IMG/VR virus record: IMGVR_UViG_3300042009_000023
Coordinates: 1-64,000 of that record
Strand: one strand, 5' to 3'
Source of the DNA: a virus
Taxonomy: Duplodnaviria; Caudoviricetes
DNA: 64,000 nucleotides
How positions within the stretch are numbered: the first letter of the stretch is position 1; every line of letters starts with the position of its first letter. Of this stretch, positions 49,261 to 59,686 are shown piece by piece. Below the pieces are notes generated by a model, which made no database searches, had not been told where the DNA came from, and saw only the letters and a list, made by a program, of their open reading frames with translations. The position numbers and the translations under genes were made by a program.

Positions 49261-49431
49261 ATGTCTAATATGAAAATTGTTCAATTCTCTAGTAGTGCTA
49301 AGACTAAGATTGTAGCTGTGTTTAGTTCCCCTCAAGATTCTGTTATCTATAGTCATCTTGGGGAAGTTGAGGCTACAGATGCTCGTTATGTAACTTTCAT
49401 GGCTAGTTTTCAGTCCTTTGTTGTTGTGTAG
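49261..49431 (+). CDS. small tail-fibre-associated protein (56 aa)
   Basis: Manual ORF MSNMKIVQFSSSAKTKIVAVFSSPQD...GEVEATDARY. Confidence 0.55.
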   Translation: MSNMKIVQFSSSAKTKIVAVFSSPQDSVIYSHLGEVEATDARYVTFMASFQSFVVV

Positions 49432-49441
49432 AGAATAAGTT

Positions 49442-49984
49442 ATGTCAGCCAACTCTAATTTGTATAAAAAGCTTCTTGGGGTTGGTCTGGGCACTGCGTT
49501 AGCCCTTTCTGGCTCCTTCCTTGTTATTCCACAAGAAGGTTCTGTCAAAAAGGGTGACACTCATGTTACCTACATTGACGCTGTTGGTATTCCAACTTTA
49601 TGTTATGGTCAAACTGGTAAAGATATTAAACTAGGTCGCACAGCCACTGAAGAAGAATGTCTTAAAATGCTTTCTGAAGAACTTGTTAAAATTGATAAAC
49701 AACTAGACAAGACTTTTAAAGTGCAATACCAGAATGACTATCAACATGCTGCTATGGTGAGCTTTGCTTACAATGTTGGAACTTATAATGTTCAGACATC
49801 AAGTCTTACAAAGCTATTCAATGAAGGTAAATACCAACAAGCCTGTAATCAATTAAGCAAGTGGGTGTATGCCAAAAAGAAATTGCTTAAAGGCTTGGTG
49901 ACAAGACGTGAAGTAGAACGTCAATGGTGCCTTGGTAATCCACCTAAAGAAGTAAAGGAGATTGTGAATGAAAGTAATCAATGA
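49442..49984 (+). CDS. SAR endolysin (GH24 lysozyme)
   Basis: N-terminal Gly/Ala-rich TM after KK; E...D-AVGIP-T-LCYGQT; FAYNVG; GLVTRREVE. Confidence 0.9.
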   Translation: MSANSNLYKKLLGVGLGTALALSGSFLVIPQEGSVKKGDTHVTYIDAVGIPTLCYGQTGKDIKLGRTATEEECLKMLSEELVKIDKQLDKTFKVQYQNDYQHAAMVSFAYNVGTYNVQTSSLTKLFNEGKYQQACNQLSKWVYAKKKLLKGLVTRREVERQWCLGNPPKEVKEIVNESNQ

Positions 49985-50189
49985 TTGGAAGAAACATCTA
50001 AAGTCCTACTCCTTTATTTCTCTTGCGGGAGTACTCCTAAGTGCAATCTCTGTTACTGGACTGTCTGCACTTGGTGTTCTGGGTGCTGGGTTGTCTATGC
50101 CAGTGTTGGCTACCCTTGTAATCATCTTTGCTGTCTTGGGTGGAATTGGTAGGTTCATTGACCAGACAGATGATAATATGGAGGGGTGA
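49968..50189 (+). CDS. holin / pinholin candidate
   Basis: 73 aa, two hydrophobic segments, next to the endolysin. Confidence 0.65.
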   Translation: MKVINDWKKHLKSYSFISLAGVLLSAISVTGLSALGVLGAGLSMPVLATLVIIFAVLGGIGRFIDQTDDNMEG

Positions 50190-50629
50190 TGTTCAATAGC
50201 ATAACGTTCTACATCATCCTTGGACTGTCCCTCTCTACCCTATCTTTTGGCTACCTTTCGTACTCCTTATCGAACGATAAAGCTGTGGCTGTATATGCAC
50301 TCAAAGAAGCTCAGGAAACGATTGCAGAGAGGGAAAAGTCCCTCAACTTGAAGTATTTGAGTTGTGAACAAGATGACAAAGACACAGCGGATGTGGAAGT
50401 AGACAAGAAAGCCTTAAAAGATAAAGTTGATGAGCTTACAGCTCAAATATCTAAATTGAAATCTGGCATCAAACATCCAGTTTCACAAAATACAAATAAT
50501 CCAGAGGCACCTAAAAATGCTGAAGCAAATACTATTTTGGTTGGGACTGAGCTTCTGTCTGATGACCTCAAGCGCATGCTCACAGAATCCTATTGTCTCG
50601 TCGAAACCACAGCTTGTGTATCCTCCTGA
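50186..50629 (+). CDS. i-spanin (Rz-like)
   Basis: N-terminal TM followed by coiled coil; overlapped by a lipoprotein gene. Confidence 0.75.
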   Translation: MMFNSITFYIILGLSLSTLSFGYLSYSLSNDKAVAVYALKEAQETIAEREKSLNLKYLSCEQDDKDTADVEVDKKALKDKVDELTAQISKLKSGIKHPVSQNTNNPEAPKNAEANTILVGTELLSDDLKRMLTESYCLVETTACVSS

Positions 50630-50795
50630 TAGTTTAATGACAGACCCCTGCAAGGCTGTTCCTGCTGGTGAAAGTCTTATCGAACTTGCGGTTGCTTATA
50701 ATCGGAATACTGGCTGTATTGGTCTTTACAAGAAGCAGATGCAAAAGCTTCGTGATAACAAACGTGACAAGGAACTTCTTTATAATGTCAAATGA
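50517..50795 (+). CDS. o-spanin (Rz1-like lipoprotein)
   Basis: Signal peptide with lipobox SSAC; Pro-rich mature part; overlaps the Rz 3' end in another frame. Confidence 0.8.
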   Translation: MLKQILFWLGLSFCLMTSSACSQNPIVSSKPQLVYPPDSLMTDPCKAVPAGESLIELAVAYNRNTGCIGLYKKQMQKLRDNKRDKELLYNVK

Positions 50796-51463
50796 TGCCA
50801 ATGCAAGAATTAATGCTGTTTGGGAGCGTGTTGCCCTCGGTCTACTAAGCTTCATTGTAGCTGGTTTGTTTGTCTTTTACCAAGGCATTCGCACAGACTA
50901 CAAAGGGCTTGAAGAGAAAGTTCTTATCATGCAGACAACCAAAGTCTCCAAAGAAGATCTTCGCGAGGTGGAAAACCGTCTTAATAATAAGATTGATGCT
51001 AGTATCTCAGACCTTATTGCAAGAAGCGCAGCAGACAAACAAGAAATCATTCGTACCATTGAACTCTACTTTGTAGGTGTTAAAAACAAGCGGTAGAGAG
51101 GGGCTCCCAATGATATGGACGATACTTGAAAGGATTATTCACCTTCTAACTTTTGTCTTGTTAGTGCTAATGATGACTGTCATTCTAACTAATAGTAAAA
51201 GTGCAGAAGATGTTGGTAACTTCGGATTGAAGTTGGACATTGCAAAGCAAGAATCTTTGAATGCTATTAAGAACAATGTTGAATACTTTGAGAGAAGGAT
51301 CAATGGTTTAGCAGAGAAACAAGATAGTTATCAAGTTGGGACAGATCAAAGAGTTTACGTTCTTGAAATGAGAATGAAAGAGTTACAGGCTGATAAGAAG
51401 AACAGTCAGAAGATAATCAACAATAACAATTCTAATGCTGTTGTTTATCAGAAAGAACAATAA
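50785..51463 (+). CDS. two membrane-anchored coiled-coil proteins (50785-51096, 51110-51463)
   Basis: Each has one N-terminal TM helix and a coiled-coil tail. Confidence 0.6.
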
Positions 51464-51526
51464 TAAATCGAACTTCCATAGAAGACACATTGACTACGCC
51501 ATTAGTCAAATCTCAGACACACCTTC

Positions 51527-51556
51527 AGCTCCCTTCCTTACGGTCGGGAGCTTTTT
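51527..51556 (+). terminator. terminator at the end of the late operon
   Basis: AGCTCCC...GGGAGCT followed by a T tract. Confidence 0.8.
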
Positions 51557-51607
51557 GTTGCTTAAAATAAAGCAAAAGTAAAGGTCTTTCTATTTATAGG
51601 ATTCAAT

Positions 51608-51639
51608 TCTACAAGCCACGGTTTACGTGGCCTCCAGAG
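51608..51639. repeat. inverted repeat GCCACG-N5-CGTGGC containing the second copy of the 17617 motif
   Basis: TCTACAAGCCACGGTTTACGTGGCCTCCAGA. Confidence 0.75.
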
Positions 51640-51668
51640 GTTCACTGTGGCAAGTAAGTCAACAGTAA

Positions 51669-52907
51669 TTAATTACCATCTAACCAATTGCACAATAACC
51701 TTTTCATCCTGTCACTCATAATACACAATGATACAGGTTCATCCTTACGGATACAAGTCCTGAATACCCACTGTACCAACTCAGATAGTGCAAAGCTGTC
51801 ATCGTCAGGAGGTGTACCGTAGTCTTGCAGATAAGCTTTAATAGCTGTATTAACATACCGATTGTAAGCATGTACAGCTACTGTTTTGTGTGCCCAAATG
51901 TTAGTTGCTTTAGTACCACAATAGATCCAATCTAAATCTTTAGGTAAATTCTTGTGTAGGATGTGTCTTGTTACTCTTTCCTTCTTAATGTAATCGTAAC
52001 AGGCTAACGGTTTAGGGGCAGTAAAGATAAAATCTTCTTTGCTATTATATTTTCTGTACAAAGAAAGTAAAGCATTCTTTATCTTTACTAAGTCTGCTAC
52101 AGAAGCATTTTTAGCGTACCAAGTAGAAGACATAGACAACTTAGATACTGCTCTACTAGATGGTGTATCAATAAAAGTGATTAAACTCTTAGCTCTATCC
52201 AATACATCCTTTGTATTCTTAACTAACTGAACTTCCGTGAACGGTACTACTTCCATCCCCTTCAACTTCATAAAGGATTCCATCACACTACCTTTAAAAA
52301 GATAAGTAAGAAGAATAACACGTCTTGAAGACTGTACTAACTCGATTGGTAAGTGTACAACCATAATTCGTCTATCCCGCTTGGCACAGTACAACATACC
52401 TAGATCAGACATCCTCTTTAGTTTGCTGTAGGCTGTATCTCCCATATCTTCATCATTGTACCATTGCCAGATTACCCTACCAAGATCCTCTTCATCAATC
52501 CTAATATGGTTTGCCTTCTCTAGTGACAAGATATCGTCACGTTTGTAGTTACCAGTGTATGCTTCTATGAAGGCGACTTCTTCATCCACAATCAGAATGT
52601 ATTCATGTTTCTTGATTAGTGCAAGGTGTTGCTTTGTTAGATCAGTGAATAGGGAATGTGTAAAGGAAACGTTACAACCCTCTTGCAGCAGAGCAAGTAA
52701 ATGTTGTCCTTTAGTTTTATATTCTTCCGTGCAAGGGTATACAAACTCAAGTGCTTGGCAAGCTGTAGGAATACGTTCTTCTACTTCTGTTAGCATTGGG
52801 CTAACGTATAAGTATTTGTTTTGAGGATTGTTCAGCATCCATTTAATAATCCCTTCGGTTTTACCCGCTGACATAATTGCATCTAGCAGTTCAATTTTAG
52901 TTGGCAC
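51669..52907 (-). CDS. SF2 helicase-like ATPase
   Basis: DAIMSAGKT (Walker A-like), YVSP, LIVDEE (Walker B), QWVFRTCIR (motif VI-like). Confidence 0.65.
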   Translation of the reverse strand: MPTKIELLDAIMSAGKTEGIIKWMLNNPQNKYLYVSPMLTEVEERIPTACQALEFVYPCTEEYKTKGQHLLALLQEGCNVSFTHSLFTDLTKQHLALIKKHEYILIVDEEVAFIEAYTGNYKRDDILSLEKANHIRIDEEDLGRVIWQWYNDEDMGDTAYSKLKRMSDLGMLYCAKRDRRIMVVHLPIELVQSSRRVILLTYLFKGSVMESFMKLKGMEVVPFTEVQLVKNTKDVLDRAKSLITFIDTPSSRAVSKLSMSSTWYAKNASVADLVKIKNALLSLYRKYNSKEDFIFTAPKPLACYDYIKKERVTRHILHKNLPKDLDWIYCGTKATNIWAHKTVAVHAYNRYVNTAIKAYLQDYGTPPDDDSFALSELVQWVFRTCIRKDEPVSLCIMSDRMKRLLCNWLDGN

Positions 52908-52911
52908 TTGT

Positions 52912-53588
52912 TCACTCCGTTCGTTTTTGAATACGCTCGAACAAAGTCTTCTCAGCCTGAGTATGCAACCCCTTCTTTACAACTTCTGCTGGAATCCCAT
53001 CCTTTAAGGATTGTTCGATCTTCTTAGTCTGTGAGTCTAGGTAGTAGAAACCCCCGGTACAAATTGTTGCTAGGAGAAGCAAGCCAGCACAGGCATCAGT
53101 TAGTAGATACTTTTTCATAATCACCACCACAAATTAGTCCAATTTTTGAATGTGAGTTCAAGACCTTCCTGAACCTTTATTTTATGTGCATCCAGATCAG
53201 CATAGTATCGAAGCTTCTCTTCCTCATTATCACACTCTATTTTAAATGACTTGCCATATTTTGGCTCGTATGACTTTGTAGTTTCATCCTCGTATGGAAC
53301 AGTAGTCAGTTTAAAATTGTAGTCTCTTATATCAGGCTCGTTATTCTCAAAAGCATACATCATTTTCTTGATGTCGTCTAGCCAATCTTGTACGTCTGAA
53401 TCTGTCACCCACTCAGATTCATCTTTCATGTATTCATTAGGGACTCCTAGACACCCTCCTTCTTTGTTACGTTTCTCCAATACTTCGTGGAACTTTGACA
53501 ATCCTGCGTAGATGATTGGGGATAGGGTGTAGTCTAGGGAGTATGTGTCCCTGTAGGATGCGATCCATTTACCTTTTGTGTATCTCAT
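52912..53588 (-). CDS. two hypothetical proteins (52912-53130 membrane; 53121-53588)
   Basis: ORF track; co-oriented. Confidence 0.6.
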
Positions 53589-53639
53589 TTAAATTCTCCT
53601 AAAAGAAAGCCCACCGACCATTTCTGATCTGATGGGCTA

Positions 53640-53667
53640 AGGATAGCAGATTATTTTATTGTGTCAA
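53640..53667 (-). promoter_or_regulatory. sigma70-type promoter next to a hairpin
   Basis: TTGACA-16 nt-TATCCT. Confidence 0.5.
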
Positions 53668-53671
53668 GCAC

Positions 53672-55405
53672 TCATTGGCACATTTCGCATACCTCTACAC
53701 GAGAAATATCACCAGCCCCCCGCATAGAATAAATGTAATACAGAGAAAGAATACCCTCATCCTCCATTGCTAGCTTGTGAATCCGACTAATATATTCCTC
53801 ACTATCATTTGAAGTGAAATACAAGTTAATCGACTGAGCCTGATCGATGTACTTCTGACGCTGGGAACACAGACGAAGATAATCTTCAGCAGGAACTTCA
53901 AACCCTGTTCGGAACACAGCTTTCTCTTCTTCTGTCAACCAACTAACTTTCTGTACACTACCTTTATCATTAATAATCTCTTGTACTGTCTCGTCTGAGT
54001 AAGCACCTTTCTCCTTCATCAACTCAAGAAGAACTTTGTTCAGCCGGAAGAACTCACCACCAGCAGATTGTTTAGTAAACGCCATTGCAATATCTAAACC
54101 AATACCTTCAGAAGCACCAGCCATAATCTCAGCACTTGACTTAGTTGGCGGCATCATCAATCGTGTAGCATTACGAATACCAAGTCCTGTACAACCAAGG
54201 GGTTCACCAAGCACACCGGCAAGCCATTGCGTTGCTTTCTTTGACTCTTCATCTAAACCTTTAAAGATTTTAGTGTTAAGGAACATACATTCCAAACTAC
54301 TAACACTCAGACGTTCTTTCTGCATCAGTGTGTGCCACCCCAGTACGCCACTACCAAGCGAGCGGAACTCTCTAGTGAATCGGTAGATTTTATGCATCGC
54401 CTGTTTATCAAGATCAGTCATATCGTCCATCGTTTCAAGGTATTCACTAATATTGCAGTCGCTCATTACTTGACCAATAAAGACGAGATGTTCAGGCCAT
54501 TCACGATAAAGCTCTAGGTTGTAGTTCAAAATCACACAACTAAAAGTGTAGTTTTCATCCGATGGCAGACAAGTCTCTTGGCAGAGGTTACTAGCTTTGA
54601 CAGTCATACCTTTACGACGAAACGCTTCCGCCAAGTGTCGGTTCATCTTTGAGATAAATGTAAAGTAGCCTTTGCCCCGTGGAAGCTTGACACCAAGCAT
54701 CCGTTGAAACTTCCGGTGTGCCTCCTCGTCTTTATCATCCATCAAACGAATGAAATCATCATCAATCAAATAGCCAACATTGTTTGATTCTGTACGAGCA
54801 TAGAGGTGCTTTACAACCTCATCAAAATCCTTATGTTGAGGGCGAATACTGTACGCCAAACTGCCTCGACGACTACCCTGAGTTACCTCCTCCATTACAG
54901 CAATAAAGTCCCGAATGACCGGCATAACACCGAGACTTCGACCACCTCGCCGCAGCTCTGCACCCTCATGAGGCCAATGGTCAATGGAATAACTTGTACC
55001 ATGACTATGTTTAGTTAGGATAGCTGCTTCAGTGATTGCGTTGTAACGATCAAAGAGGTTATTACCTACATAGCCGCCAGCACAACTAACTGTAGTACCC
55101 CGTTTACGCAAACCACCATTAGCCAACAAGGGTGTTGAGCAACTGATATAACCATCCCACATTGTTGCAAAGAAAGCATCTTCCCAAGTCTTACCGACTG
55201 TATAAGGATCAGTATCCCACCATTCAGGATAAACTTTAGGTGCATGTTTAGCCATTGCTTTAGCTACACCTTTGAAGCGGCTCTTTACTGACTCACCCTT
55301 GTAAGCATACTTATTGTGAAACAGTTGCAAACCGCCAGTAGTAAACCACTCAGGTACTTCACCTTCCGCTTGTTGTGTCTTTCGCATTTCTGAATAGTTA
55401 ATCAT
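53672..55405 (-). CDS. nrdA: ribonucleotide reductase class Ia alpha subunit (no ATP cone)
   Basis: STPLLAN, TVSC, TQGSRRGS, SNLCQE, MPPTKSS, KYIDQAQSINL, LYY, C-terminal CEMC; probable ATG at 55405. Confidence 0.92.
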   Translation of the reverse strand: MINYSEMRKTQQAEGEVPEWFTTGGLQLFHNKYAYKGESVKSRFKGVAKAMAKHAPKVYPEWWDTDPYTVGKTWEDAFFATMWDGYISCSTPLLANGGLRKRGTTVSCAGGYVGNNLFDRYNAITEAAILTKHSHGTSYSIDHWPHEGAELRRGGRSLGVMPVIRDFIAVMEEVTQGSRRGSLAYSIRPQHKDFDEVVKHLYARTESNNVGYLIDDDFIRLMDDKDEEAHRKFQRMLGVKLPRGKGYFTFISKMNRHLAEAFRRKGMTVKASNLCQETCLPSDENYTFSCVILNYNLELYREWPEHLVFIGQVMSDCNISEYLETMDDMTDLDKQAMHKIYRFTREFRSLGSGVLGWHTLMQKERLSVSSLECMFLNTKIFKGLDEESKKATQWLAGVLGEPLGCTGLGIRNATRLMMPPTKSSAEIMAGASEGIGLDIAMAFTKQSAGGEFFRLNKVLLELMKEKGAYSDETVQEIINDKGSVQKVSWLTEEEKAVFRTGFEVPAEDYLRLCSQRQKYIDQAQSINLYFTSNDSEEYISRIHKLAMEDEGILSLYYIYSMRGAGDISRVEVCEMCQ

Positions 55406-56409
55406 TAGCCCTCCCAAGCAGACGTAAATTTCTTTTCGTTCCAACCACTCTCATATTCCATACCTAAGCCAGCAGAGAAGAAGTCAATCACTTTATAAGC
55501 ATATGTATTTTGTTCAAACCAGTCTGCAATCTTAGATGTAAGGTCTGGGAATGCAGGATCAAGACCAATACGTTCAAGGAAGATGTTTAGTCGTCGTTGT
55601 ACAAAGATTTTGTAGTCTTCTTTACTCTGACCATTAAAAGTATCTTTCAAGATTGCAAGATCAATGATGCGGCACTCATGTTCAAAGGCATAATTTACAG
55701 CTTCGTAAATCTTTCCGACTCGTTTAGTATCTTGTTTCAACTCAACACCAAGTTCTTTGTACCGAGTGTTGATAATCTCTGCTGCAATCTGCCCGTGCAA
55801 ATCTTCATCGATGGCTGACTGATTGGTCCCCCGTGCAATGACTGGAATCAAGTTGTACCCATTAGATTGGAAGCTCTTCAGGATAGCAAAGCTTGAAAAC
55901 AACAAGGCCGTCTCAGTCATACCAAAGATGATTGTTGCAAGAAGTTTATCTTCACCACTAAGAATCTCTTCAAGCCATTCTACGCGAGCTTTTAGTTCTG
56001 GGTCATTGGTATAAGCTAGGTAATCTTCATCTTTATCCAACCCCAATTGGACGTTAATTTGATTGTAAAACTCAGCATGAATCGCCAACTCGGTCATCCC
56101 TACGACGCTAGCTGCAAGCTTAACTTCTGGCCTTGGAAACTCTTTAATTACCAAAGCATTCCAGAACTCTTCCCCAACAATCAGCTCATAGCGAAGGAAC
56201 AATTGTAATACTGTCTTAACGGCGTGTAGTTGCTCTGGTGTTAGTTCATAGAGAAGCTGCATCTTATCAAGCTCTACAGTCATCTCAGAACTAAACCAAA
56301 GCTGTTCTTCTAGTTGCTTATTAGCCATCTCAACAAGCTTTGGATAGTGTCGTGCGTAACTTAGTGTTGGTGTTTGAATCTGTGTTTTCTTATCAAAATC
56401 AATTGTCAC
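55405..56409 (-). CDS. nrdB: ribonucleotide reductase beta subunit
   Basis: W...E, ELAIHAEFY, ETALLFSSF, DEDLHG, DFF. Confidence 0.92.
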   Translation of the reverse strand: MTIDFDKKTQIQTPTLSYARHYPKLVEMANKQLEEQLWFSSEMTVELDKMQLLYELTPEQLHAVKTVLQLFLRYELIVGEEFWNALVIKEFPRPEVKLAASVVGMTELAIHAEFYNQINVQLGLDKDEDYLAYTNDPELKARVEWLEEILSGEDKLLATIIFGMTETALLFSSFAILKSFQSNGYNLIPVIARGTNQSAIDEDLHGQIAAEIINTRYKELGVELKQDTKRVGKIYEAVNYAFEHECRIIDLAILKDTFNGQSKEDYKIFVQRRLNIFLERIGLDPAFPDLTSKIADWFEQNTYAYKVIDFFSAGLGMEYESGWNEKKFTSAWEG

Positions 56410-56418
56410 AACAGCTCC

Positions 56419-57151
56419 TTAATTACTATGTCGTTCTAGTTCAGAAATAATATGACCAGAATTATTGTATGATTTACCCATCGTCTTAAGAGCAATACGA
56501 AGATCTAGATCACAGTTTTCTACGATATTCGACCAACTTGCAGCCCCACTACTCAACCACTCTTTGCAGTCTCGCTCGTGGCCTTGATACATTAGGCAAT
56601 CAACAACTTGTCCCCGAAGATTACGATGCTTACATACTACCTCATCAATTTCTTGACTGGTATCCATCCCGTTCTGTTCTAGAAACTTATTGATTGCTTC
56701 TTTATTATCTTCTCCGAATGCCTGAGCAAACCCTTGAACTAGCAGCAAGTCACTGAGACTCAAATTAAATCCTACACTCATACAATTTCCCCAAATTCTT
56801 CTACGTCTTTATAATTAATATTGAAGCCCAAGAAGGTAAAGGCATCATGAAAGGCTGAGCTTAGTTCTGAAGATTCAAAACAAGCACCTTCATTATTTAT
56901 GAACACTCGATAGAATCCCTCAACACCATCATCTACGCATTCAACTTCAATATTCATACATCTACCCCATCTTTAAGTTCGTCTTGGAAAAATTCAAATG
57001 CTGAAATGTCTTGCATGACTGCTGCCTCGATGTCTTCGATTACATCAACAATGTAGCGTGATGATTCGCTAACACTCATCCCCAAACGAATCATCAGAAG
57101 GTTTTGATATTCTTTAATAAAGTCCGAGAACTTATAATCTACATTAATCAT
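56419..57151 (-). CDS. hypothetical proteins (56419-56781, 56778-56957, 56954-57151)
   Basis: ORF track plus a manual 59-aa ORF. Confidence 0.6.
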
Positions 57152-57152
57152 T

Positions 57153-57830
57153 TTATTTCTCCATCAATTCTTCAAGGAACGGGAAGTGCTCAATGATAAC
57201 AGGTTTAATCTTTCGTGCAAGGTCTACGTGTTCTTTTTGTGTAACACCCAAGTCATCACGAACCTTTAGATATGTAATCCATTGCCGCACTGTACCATTT
57301 GCATATATGTAGCTCATTGTATTACCTTCAGGAAGGCTTACACGAGCACACTCTTTAGCGATACCACTATCAATAGCCCAATTGTAGTTAATCTTTACTA
57401 GATCAATAACTTCCTTCTGTCGTCGTTCCCATTCAACCATCAGATCAAAATCAAGTTGATTAGTTAGGTCAAGGTCAATGCTGTTCTGCCGATTCTTTGT
57501 ATCTTGTCTACGTGTCTCACGAATAACAAAATTCTGAGCTACTGCGTATCTTTGTGAGAACTCTTGGAATTTGATTGACTGGTGACGCAAGACCTGCCTT
57601 GCAATATCTCGTGGTGCTTCAATCTCCACAACAATGTTGGACATATCAAAGACAGACCAATGACCCACCCGCATACAGTATTTCAAAAGACCTGCTGCTG
57701 TATCAAAGTTCTTTTGATTATCTGGATTACTTACCCGAGCACAGAAAGCCGGAAGATCCTCTGCTGTTGGGATAAAATCTACAGTTGGTGTTGTTACTCC
57801 AATTACTTGTGCCTTAATGAAATCAAACAA
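57153..57830 (-). CDS. thyX: flavin-dependent thymidylate synthase
   Basis: GHWSVF, RQVLRHQSIKFQEFSQRY, ARVSLP. Confidence 0.95.
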   Translation of the reverse strand: MFDFIKAQVIGVTTPTVDFIPTAEDLPAFCARVSNPDNQKNFDTAAGLLKYCMRVGHWSVFDMSNIVVEIEAPRDIARQVLRHQSIKFQEFSQRYAVAQNFVIRETRRQDTKNRQNSIDLDLTNQLDFDLMVEWERRQKEVIDLVKINYNWAIDSGIAKECARVSLPEGNTMSYIYANGTVRQWITYLKVRDDLGVTQKEHVDLARKIKPVIIEHFPFLEELMEK

Positions 57831-58004
57831 CTTCTTTCTCCTTATTCAACAAATACTCTTTAAACTCTTCTTCACTAGGAAATGAATCAAACAAAACATA
57901 AGCCATCCCCGTTGAAACAATACCCTTATAAGCTTCAAGGGTGCTGATCATGTCTTGCCACTTCATCTTAACACGTTCTGTTGGCACTGTCACAATTAAT
58001 GTCA

Positions 58005-58499
58005 TCACTGCACTTCCTTTGGAATAAACTTATCCAACTCTACAGCTACAAAGCCTACAGGTTTAGCAATCTTCCCATCTTCTCTACGAACTGTATAAAA
58101 AGAAAGATTATTTAGAACAGAAGTTTCAATATAGTACTCTTTATCGTCACGTTCTTCAAGCTTTTCTTTAGCTTCACAAGCTTCGTAGAAAGAGTTGAAA
58201 ATCTTATTCTGATTGTTGTCAATGATTTGTTGGATACCACCTTCAACATCAAAGCCAGCTTTCTCAAGCATATCAAACAACTTAGAAAGAATCACGAATG
58301 TGTCAACTGCTCCATCCAACAACTCCTTCATATCACCTACAGCCATTGCATCAACAGTTTCAGTTGACTCCTCCACAAGCAACTTACTTTGTAGCTCTAC
58401 TGCTCGCTCCCAATCAAGTGTGCTGAACTCATGATCTTTAACACCAGCCTTCTTGTTCCAATCAATGATTTGATTGTAGTAACCTTGCAAATCTTTCAC
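58005..58499 (-). CDS. MazG-like nucleotide pyrophosphohydrolase
   Basis: LLVEES.E, ELLDGAVD, NN..K, GKIAKP. Confidence 0.75.
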   Translation of the reverse strand: MKDLQGYYNQIIDWNKKAGVKDHEFSTLDWERAVELQSKLLVEESTETVDAMAVGDMKELLDGAVDTFVILSKLFDMLEKAGFDVEGGIQQIIDNNQNKIFNSFYEACEAKEKLEERDDKEYYIETSVLNNLSFYTVRREDGKIAKPVGFVAVELDKFIPKEVQ

Positions 58500-59032
58500 A
58501 ACTTCTCCTCAATTAATAGACTTCGAATGTCAGACCAATCACAAACACCACTAAAGAATTTACCAATACTTTCATCTTGTGTGTATGGTGTTCGCATTTT
58601 GATTAGCTTAACATCATTTGGTTGCTGATTCAAATACTTATTCCTGTCATCCACAAAGTGTGTACAACGAGTAAACCCTTTCTCCTTTGTACAGTGGATG
58701 AAATCACGGAAAGGAAACCACTGATTTACCCAATCACACTTAGAAGCGAAGTGTCCTTTCTTTGCATAACTAACAAAGCCGACGTTCCAACCTTGTTCAT
58801 GCAACTCTTTCAATACTTCAACACAATCTTTCTTAGGCTTAACTTTCCAATAAAGGTAATCATCAGACCAAAAACTTATTGCTGCTTTACCGAAGATTTG
58901 TGTTAGATCATAGTTGTAATCAACGTCTTCAGCGGTGAGGTTTTTGTTGAAGCTAAGGTTACACCAGTTCAGCCACATAGGCCACATATCTACACAAGTT
59001 TCATCGATATCCACAGCAATAATTTTATTCAT
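58496..59032 (-). CDS. 5'(3')-deoxyribonucleotidase (HAD, NT5C-like)
   Basis: IAVDIDET and FVDDR motifs. Confidence 0.8.
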   Translation of the reverse strand: MNKIIAVDIDETCVDMWPMWLNWCNLSFNKNLTAEDVDYNYDLTQIFGKAAISFWSDDYLYWKVKPKKDCVEVLKELHEQGWNVGFVSYAKKGHFASKCDWVNQWFPFRDFIHCTKEKGFTRCTHFVDDRNKYLNQQPNDVKLIKMRTPYTQDESIGKFFSGVCDWSDIRSLLIEEKL

Positions 59033-59544
59033 CGCTTAGCTCGCTCTTTGATCCGATTAGATGAATACTGAATCTTATTCTGTTCGTAGTCTACATCATT
59101 ACCTTCTTTACCGGCACCATTCTGAGCACCAAAAGAACGAACCAAAGCTTTCTGAATATTGGCGTAGTCAAAGTCGGATTTAAACAAGACTTCAATCAAT
59201 TCTTCTGTCTTGATAAAAGCTTTACCTTTATTATCTGCACGATCTACAATTAGTTGAACAAACCAATGAGGAAGCTCAATATCGTAGTAAGATGAACTAC
59301 CCCCATCTGACTTAATTGGTGCCACTTCTTTAGCCTCTGTCTTAGCCAATTCAAAATACTTAGAGTAGTAAATAGCTCTAGCCCCTTTAAGGGATATTGA
59401 ACTACCATTATCATACAAACCAGTAACTTCATAAGCTTCATCTTCTTCAAAGCCAAAACTATAAAGTTCGTGACTAAAGCCTTCCCAAGCCTTTTCTTTT
59501 ACTTTAACACTGTCGCCAATTGCGAAGCTATTTTCCGCTGCCAT
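59029..59544 (-). CDS. hypothetical protein with a divergent DUF3310-like C-terminus
   Basis: KSDGGSSSYY, DF..ANI.KA..R, K.GND..Y..NKI.Y. Confidence 0.45.
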   Translation of the reverse strand: MAAENSFAIGDSVKVKEKAWEGFSHELYSFGFEEDEAYEVTGLYDNGSSISLKGARAIYYSKYFELAKTEAKEVAPIKSDGGSSSYYDIELPHWFVQLIVDRADNKGKAFIKTEELIEVLFKSDFDYANIQKALVRSFGAQNGAGKEGNDVDYEQNKIQYSSNRIKERAKR

Positions 59545-59686
59545 CACTCATTTTTTCTCCTTGAGTTTCTTTATTTGGTCTAGCATGTCTGATTGCTGTT
59601 GACGTAAAGTATGAACTTGTTTACTTAAGCTGTCAACAGCATCTTCAAGATTTTCTACTGTTCGAAGTAATTTATAATTCTCGATT

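Noticed and set aside
53672-59032. NrdAB/ThyX/MazG-like/NT5C cluster as novel
   Set aside because: Standard nucleotide-supply module of large lytic phages.
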